Source of the DNA: Candidatus Micrarchaeia archaeon
Lineage (GTDB): Archaea; Micrarchaeota; Micrarchaeia; Burarchaeales; Fermentimicrarchaeaceae
Length of the DNA stretch: 64,000 bases
Direction of reading: 5' to 3'
Assembly (NCBI GenBank): GCA_038871515.1
Contig: JAVZHX010000002.1
Span: 207,847 to 271,846, forward strand
Below are positions 39,228 through 48,200 of this stretch, piece by piece. The notes beneath the pieces were generated by a model. The model saw only the letters and a list, made by a program, of their open reading frames with translations, was not told where the DNA came from and made no database searches. Position numbers and translations under genes: made by a program. The number at the start of each line of letters is the position of its first letter. The stretch's first letter is position 1.

Positions 39228-42200
39228 TTATTTTTTCTTTCTTCTGCGCGTTGCCAGGAATAGTATGAGCAACAGCACAAGCAGCCCAAGTATCCAAGGC
39301 GCCAGTGAAGTCAGTGCCATTGCAACTGAAGGTGGTGCCGGTTCTCCGCGCTGTGGCTCTGGAGTCTCCACAAATTCAGCTGCTTGCGTTGGCTTTACCA
39401 CGTTTGTTGTCCTTATTGCAACCAAGTAGTGCCCTGGTGCGCTGTACGTGTATACTCCCTCATCCATTGCCCTGAAGCCAGCCTTTCCTTCCGAGTCTGT
39501 TATCAGCACAAGCGATTCTCTGGTTGGGGAGATTATCAGCACTGTTCCATCTGGAATTGGCGTTCCGCTCTCGTCAACAAGCTGCAGCACTATCACTTCG
39601 TTCAGCAGCGCGCTTGCAGGTGCGAGTATGTCAACTCTTGTTGGAATGCCGGTTGTTTCCTGCATAACTGAGCACTTGTAGTTAACGCACTGTCCCTCAC
39701 AGCAGTCTGCAGTTGTCGCGCATGGCTGTCCTAGCGAGCTGCACTGAGTGAAGCTTACCTGTCCGTTGCTTCCTGTTCCAGTTGAGCCTCCTGTTGTGCC
39801 AACGCTGCCTCCTACTGAGCCACCTGACGAGCCTCCTGAGCTACCTCCTGATGAACCGCCGCTGGAGCCTCCTCCACCGCCACCACCTGACGGGCATTTG
39901 CCGCAGTCAGCTGGGCAGTTTGAGCAGGTTTCGCCTGCGTTGCATGTTCCATCTCCGCAGAATGGTGCGGGTTGCGCAAGCACCGGTGTTCCTTCATTGC
40001 CAGCCTTGTCAACTGCACTCACCGTATAATTGCCTGCTGTTCCATTTGTCGCGTAGGTAAGTGTTGACACATCTGTGCTGTTCAGGTATTCTCCATTGAA
40101 GTATATGTTGTAGTGATCCATTCCACTCAGGTAATCAACAGCAGAAGTCCATGTGATCACACCGCTGGCGTCAATCAACACATTTGTTGGTCCAACCGGT
40201 GGATCCAAGTCTATTATGATGGTGAGCAATGGGTCAACGCAGTGTCCTAGCATATCGCATCCGCGTGCCCTCATGTAGTATGTGCCTGAACTCATATTCT
40301 CCGCGGTGACATTGTGCAACGCTGTGTAGTTGCCAACAAACTCGTTTCCTTCTGTGCGAGTTGTTGACCTCCATCCGCTGTCATAGCAGTTGCCAAGGCA
40401 GACTGCATCTGGGTCTGTTGAGTTATATATTCTGTACTGCACTGTGCTCGCATCAACGCCAGAGGTGCTGTCATTCACATTTATCTTTATTGGCAATCCT
40501 CCTGGTCCGTAGTATCCTCCTGGCTTAGGATCTATAATTGCTTTGGTTGGGTCTGTGTTGTCCACAAGCATTGCAGTGGAGGTATTCCCAGTGTTGTATG
40601 CATTGTCCATCGCTTCAAGCACCAGCTCATGCCCTCCATCTGATAGGTTGCATGGCACTTCTCCATAGACTATGCATTGCCTTCCTCCAGGTATTATTGA
40701 ATAGCCATTGAAACGATAGGTGTGAACACCGTCTTTCACGTAACCTCCACATGCCTTTATTTGCGACATTGAGTCGCTTACGTTGAGGTAAACTTCGAAG
40801 TAATCGTTGCAGGTTACGTAGCCATCAAGCCCTACTGTGTGGTCTATGTAAACATTTGGAGGCACTAAGTCAAAGTCCAGCAGTATCTTGTCGCCAGTCC
40901 CATGGTAAGCCCATCCAAAGTACTCGTTGCAACTTCTGTCGGTTACTCTTACTACAAGGAAAGCCTTCTCAAACTTGTTGTCCATAGGAACTTGAACATC
41001 GCCAACGCACCATCCATCTTCGTATGGAACATCTCCGAGTTCCACTAGTTCACAGGAAGCTGGGTTCTGACATGTGAAGTTCACCAAGTAATACGTGCAT
41101 CTGGCGACTCCGCTTGCTGGGTTTCCGTAATCCGTTGCGTTTGCTAATATATGTATAAATCCACCGTTGTAGTACCACCCAGAGTATGGGAATGGGTTCC
41201 AAGTTGTCACTTTTGGTGGGGTTTTATCAAATATGTCTGTCTCGTTACGTGTTGTCTCTGTGTTTCCAAGGTGGTCATGGCTGTAATACTGGAAGTAGTA
41301 GTAGCCATTCTTGTCAAAGTAACCACTGCCAAATGTTACGTTGTTGGCTGGGGTGTATGTGTACCATCCCTCCCAGCTCCATCCGTCATATCTATATTTG
41401 TATTTAGTGTAATCCACTCCAACCGCGCATATCTCCCCTCCGTCAACCGGCTCAAACCCAATCTTTGTTTGCGGGCCTACCCAGTAATCGCACCCCTCTC
41501 CTGGGTCGCATGGAGTGTAGCATCCGTGGAGTATTTTATTTGTTGTTGGGGGTGTGTTATCCACTTTGTCAGTCTCATTCTTTACTTGCTCAGTATTATT
41601 CAATGCATCAACGCAGTAGTATTCCAGGTAATGCACTGAATCCTCGTTGAATGTGAATGGTCCTTCATACAGAATCCAGTCTGTTGGCTCTCCTTCATCA
41701 ACGCTGTATCTGTAGTAGATTTTAACACGGTTGACTGGGTGAGGTTGCTGGTCTGTGCAGGTAAGTGTTATTGTTGTCTGTGAGGTTATCCAAGTGAAGC
41801 CAGCGCCTGGGATCTGCGGCTGGCCAAGCGTTTTAGTTGTCACAGGTGGTTTTGTGTCAACTATGTCAACTTCAGTTCCTCTTGCTTCATTTCCAAGCTC
41901 ATCAACGCACCAGTATTCCAATTCGTGTTTTGAATCCTCTGGGAAGGTGAATGTTATCTCTTCTCCGTTGTATTCAACTGTTTGAGTCCATCCTCCATCA
42001 TCAACCTGGTATTTGTAGTATATTGTAACATTGTTAACTGGGTGAGGTTGTTGATCTACGCATCTCAGCGTTATGTTTGTGTTCTGCGTTATGTAGTAGT
42101 CGCACTCCTCTCCTTCACCTGTTACTATTACATCGTCAACAAATCCATAGTCATCATTTCCATTATCAAGGAAGAACCTCACCTGTATGAGCGGCTGGTT

Positions 42201-45200
42201 GTCCGCGCCTGGCAGGCTCCAGCTCTTTGTTGACCAACTGTTATTTGAAACATTCTCAAGGTAATTCCATGGGCCTGAAGCTCCAATCCTCCACATTATC
42301 CTCAACTTGTCACTTCCGTCTGCCTGGTAGGTTCTTCTTGTGTAGTTCAGCTTTATGTTGCTGTAGCCAAGCGTTGATATGTTGGCTGTTATGTTGGAAT
42401 TATCTCTTATTGTCACGTGCAGGTCACCTGGAGTTGTGAGATTGCTGAGGAAGATGTCATCATCATTTACTGGGTGAGTGTAATCGGCCACTGTCCATCC
42501 CTTAGCATTCATCTCCACGTACAAAGGCAGACCGCTTGTGTGCTGGTAACCCTCAAAATCATCTGAGAACAGCACTGCTTGGGCTGAACCTTCGCACGGC
42601 ACCTTCGGCTCTCCAACCAACTTCTCAATTACCGGTGGTTTGTTGTCAACTATATCCAATTCTGTGTGTTCAGCTTCTTTGTTTCCAAGCCCATCCTCGC
42701 AATACCAAGTTAATCTATGATATGAATCATTCTCAAAGTCTATGTGTATACTACTTTTGCCAGTGTTTATCCACTGCCCTTCCTGCCAGTCATCACCGCT
42801 CTCGTTCTTCCAGTCCACCTTGTAATATATGCTCTCGCGGTGAGCTGGGTGGGGCTCGGGATCACTGCACATAATTCCCACTCCTGCCTGGCTGGTCATG
42901 TAGTAGCATCCGTCAGTGTATTCTCCCTGTCCAAGTGTGCTGCATTCAACCTTCTTGTTTGGAGTGCCGACTGTCTTGGTTGAAACAGGTGGCTTGTTGT
43001 CAACGTATACGCATTCATGTTTGATAGGTTGAGTGTTGCCAAGTGAGTCGTTAGCATAGAACTCAATCAGGTGACAAGAGTCAGTTTCAATATAGAACGG
43101 CATTTCATATTCTAGCCATCCACCACTGCCTCCTGTTCCATCACAGTTGTACTTGCAGTAATCATCTGGCATTAATGTTACTCTGTATTGTATTTTATCA
43201 ACTCCAATTGCACACATCTGTCCTCCATCTTGTGCAGTGAGAGTTATTGGAGTTGAGGAGTTAATCCATAATATTTCTGGGGAAGCATTTACTCCGTAAT
43301 CCCAACCATAATCTCCTCCAAGACAAGCTTCATTTCCCACGCATGGTTCACCGTATTGTTTGTGAACTGTGGGTGGAGTTGAATCCACTTTATCAATTTC
43401 GTTATACGTTTCTCCTCTGTTTCCAAGCTCATCAACGCACCAGTATTCCAATTCATGTTTTGAATCCTCTGGGAAGGTGAATGTTATCTCTTCTCCATTG
43501 TGTTCAAACGGTCCTATCCAGTTTCCTTCATCAACTCTGTATCTGTAGTATATTTTAACATTGTTAACTGGGTGCGGGTCTTGGTCTGTGCAGGTAAGTG
43601 TTATGTTTGTGTTGTTTGTAATCCAATAGTCACATTCCGGTTCCGGTAATGGTTCCAACTGGTCCAAACCATCTAATCCGTCTATTGGAGGTCTTGGACA
43701 CGGAATCTTCGGCTCTCCAAGTGTCTTGCTTACAAGAGGTGGTTTGTTGTCAACTATATCATACTCTGTGTGCATCTGCTCCTTGTTTCCAAGCTCGTCA
43801 ACGCAGTACCACTCCAAAACATGTGCTGAATCATCTGTGACATTTAACACGAGAGGCTGTCCATAAACCACGTATTCCTTGAAATCCTCTGGCTGTGCTC
43901 CAACGAGGTAGTATCTGTAGTAGATTTTAACATTATCAACTGGGTGTGGTTGCTGGTCTGTGCAGGTGAGTGTTATTGGGGTGCTTGAGTTTATAAAGTA
44001 GCATCCGTCTGTTGGGTTAGGCATTTCAGGATAGTATAATGCCTGTTCCTCAGGTGTGCATGCTCGTTTTGGAGTGCCGACTGTCTTGTTTGAGATAGGT
44101 GGCTTGTTATCAACAATGTCGCACTCTCTGTGTTCAAGCTCCATATTGTTGACTTCATCAACGCAGTACCACGTCAGGAAGTGGGCAGAATCATTTTCTA
44201 TGTAGAAGGTAGTTGTGTTTCTGTTTACAACCGTGTAGCTTCCTGGTGGAGTTTCATTAATCAGGTGGTAGATATAGCGAATGCTCCAAGCTCCGGATGG
44301 GTGTGGTTGCTGGTCTGTGCAGGTGAGTGTTATTGGGGTGCTTGAGTTTATAAAGTAGCATCCGTCTGTTGGCTGGATGTTATCGCAGTAAAGTTCCTCT
44401 TCTTCGGGTGTGCATGCTCGTTTTGGAGTGCCGACTGTCTTGTTTGAGATAGGTGGCTTGTTATCAACTATATCAAGCTCTGTTTCATTTGCTCCGGTAT
44501 TGCCAAGCGCATCCTCGCACCAGTAGACAAACTTATGGTATGAATCATCCAAGTTTGTGAATTTCTTATAGCCCTGCTCTGTTCCACTTCCAATCAGCTG
44601 CCAGTTATCACCGCTCTCATTCTTCCAGTACATCTCCCAGTGGAGCATCTCCCCTCCAACTGGGTGAGGAAGCTGGTCTGTGCAGTTAATTGTTATGTTT
44701 GACAATGAGCTCAGGAATTTGTGGTATGGGTCTGGCGCATCCTGCTGTGGGCCTGTGATTGTCTTGCTTATAGTAGGTGGCAGTGAATCAACAACATCAT
44801 ACTCTGCATGAATTGGACCGGTATTATTCAGTCTATCCCTGCAGTAGTAGTAAAGCTCGTGATAGCTGTCCTCATTATAGTGGAACGGAGCAGTATACAG
44901 CATCCAATCCTGCACAAGCTGTCCATCGTTGTAATACTTGTAGTATATCTCTTCCCCTCCAACTGGGTGGGGCTGTCCATCTGTGCAGTTCAATGTTATA
45001 AGGGTGCTCTGATTTACATACCACGCATTATCCTCCACATCATATTTATCGCTGTATTGCAGAGAGTCCAGGATATATGGCACTTTTGGCTCGCCAACTG
45101 TTTTCATAACGCTTGGTGCCTGGCTGTCCACTACGTCAAGCTCTACATGCTCCTCTCCTACGTTTCCAACTCTATCTTTGCAGTACCAAGTCAACTTGTG

Positions 45201-48200
45201 ATATGAGTCGATGCGCCCTGGGTTTGCAGCTTCAAGCTGTCCATACGTAATGTTTATTCCTCCTGGATAAGAGCCTCCTAGTTCAAACGTCCACTCTGAG
45301 TCATTCCAATAGTGCTTCCATTCAACCTGCCAGACAATGTATGTCTCACCAACTGGATGCGGGAGCTGGTCTGTGCAGGTTATGTTTATAGGGGTATCCT
45401 TTGTCATGTACCAGCAATCGTTAATTCCATAATATGTTTTTTCACTTTCGCTGCACTCAACCTTCGGATTTCCTACTTGTTTGTTTGAAATTGGAGGTGT
45501 ATTATCAACAAACACGCACTTCTTCTTCACACCCTCAGTCTTGTTGACATTATCAACTGAGTAGAATTCAATCAAATGACAGGATTCCTCTTGCTTGTAG
45601 AATGGAGCGGTGTATTCGTTCCATGCTCCACTTCCATTTGCCCCTGCGCATGCTTGCTCTGAGAGACAGTACTCATCTGCAACAAGGGTGTTTCTCCAGT
45701 ATGTTTTGTTAACTCCTGAGGAATGTGCTGAATTTCCATCGCTTGCTGTGAGAATTACTGGGGTTGAGGAGTTTATCCATTCCGCGGTGCCATTGTTGTA
45801 GTGCCCGCAGAAGCTGTGCGGGAAGCAGAATGTTATCTCTGTTACTGGTGGTGTCTTGTCAACATAATCAATTTCAAAATGATGCTGCTCAGTGTTATTC
45901 AATGCATCCTTGCAGTAGTACTCCAATTCGTGCTTGGATTCCTCTGGGAAGGTGAACCTACCTGTGTATACGGTGAAATCAACTGGCCATGCTCCATCAT
46001 CAACTCTGTATCTGTAGTATATTGTAACATTGTTAACTGGATGTGGTTGCGGGTCTGTGCAGTTCAGCTCTATCTCGGTAACTCCATCTATGTACGTCTT
46101 GTTAGTGGTGCTGTTGTAATACTGCGGCCCGATTATTGTTTTAGTTGTCACAGGTGGTGTGGAATCAACAATGTCAAGTTCAACATGAGTTGACTCTGTG
46201 TTGTTCAGTGCATCCTTGCAATACCAGGTTAGTTTATGGTATGATTCATAGTTTTGGAAATCCTCGTAGTAGAAGCTGTATGTGCCTGGTTTAGAACCGT
46301 TGGCTATTACCTGCCAGCTGTCTCCCCAGTTCTGCTTCCACTCAATTGTGTAGTATAGTGTAACAGTGTCTATCGGGTGGGGCTCTTGGTCAACGCACTG
46401 CAACGTAATTGGTGTTTCATCTGTCATGTACCAGCAGTCATTCATTCCGTACATTGCTTTATCAGTTGCGTTGCACTCAACTTTAGGGTTGCCTATTGTT
46501 TTAGTTGTCACAGGTGGTTTTGAGTCAACTATATCAATTTCAAAGTGATGAGTTTCCTCATTACCGCATCTGTCAACTGCGTAATACTCAAGCTCGTGTA
46601 TTGAATCCTCAGTGAACTGGAAGGGAGTGGCGTATTCAAACCAGTCACTCCATGCTCCCCATGGATCAGCATAATTGTGCTTCCATCTGTATCTGTAGTA
46701 TATTTTCACTGCATCGGAGTAGTTTCCATCCCATGAGTTGTCAACATCCTGTGCTGAGAGAGTTATCAGTGTGCTTGGCTTTATGTGCCAACATGCTTCT
46801 GCCTCATTCTGGTCTCCGAGGTAGTTGCACTGGAACTTCGGCTCACCAACCGTCTTGCTTGAAGCGGGTGGTGTTCTGTCTATAACAACGTAAATTGGTT
46901 GCTGATTGAGCAGTTTGCCCCAGTTGCACGCACAGTCAATCGCTTCTGATTTTATTGCATGCGAACCTTCACTGTAATCTGTATTTATTATAGTCGCATT
47001 CGCCCACTCGCATGTCGTCTCAGGTTCTCCGAATTGGCCGTCTGATGGCAGCATTGGTATTCCTTCTCCTGCGGGCTGGTTGAAGCTCATTGGCGGCACA
47101 ATAAAGTATTCTGCGCCTGCGATGCATGACTGGCTATTTTGGTCGCAGAAGTAGCCTTTGTAAACAAAGTCATCAGCACACACCCAATAACCTTTTGAAT
47201 CGACCCAATGATAGTTTAATATTCCGGCAGTACCATCCATGAGGTTTGGGTGCATATTGTCAATCTCAAGCCTGACGCATGTGCAACTGCTGTTCGCCCC
47301 ATCCATATTCTGTGCTTTCACGCACAGCTTGTAGTTTCCTGAATCATAGAAACCACCAACGTTTACTGTTCCACTGACTTCTTCAATAAGTTCATCATCA
47401 TAATTGCCGTCAACTGCCTGCATCTTGCCCCACGCTTGTTGGGTTCCATCAGGCATGCATGTTGCAGTTTGATACTCCTTGTAAACATAGAATTCGGCAT
47501 CATGTATGTATGTGCAGTTCTCAACTGCAGTTGCATTTATCAGAGTGGCTCCTGGGCATTGCGGTCCTGCGGGGTTAGGTTTGATTGTTATGCTGTCAAA
47601 TGGAACTACTGGCCCTGTTGTGTCAATTGGTCCTAGAGTTGCATCGCAGACATTTCTGCACGTCATCTCCTCCTTATCAAGAGTGCATCCATTTTCATTG
47701 CAATCCCTTGTTCCATAGTAGCATACTCCATCCTTAACAGTTCCTGCTGGCGGGCAGTATTCCCCGCTGTATGTGCATGCGCATGAAGTTGGGTCAGTGT
47801 TGCACATTCCGTTGTAATAACAATAATCATTCTGTTGGTTCAAGTAAGGCTGGCATTCTGTTCCATATCCATCGCACTCAGCTGAACAACTTCTCACTCC
47901 GTCTCCAACAGGTATTACTGGACCTCCATCTTGTCCATCTGCATCCGCACAAGTGTGGGTGAATGAGTAAGTTCCATAATCACATCTATCATTTGCCTCA
48001 TCGCACCAACCTGGAACAGCAGCTGCGTAATCAAAAGTTTCATCTCTGTTGTCTGGGTTGTAATCGCATTGCGCTATCTCTGGTTGGTTGTATTGGCTGC
48101 AGTCATAAGGTTTCCAGTAAACACAGTTTCCATTTCCATCGCAGTGGTCAACTGTGCAGAAAAGGTTATCTGCTTCGCATGGTGTGCTCTGTGGCTTGAA

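Noticed and set aside
39770-39890. 12-nt periodic repeat
   Set aside because: It simply encodes the (GGSS)n linker of the giant protein, with synonymous variation
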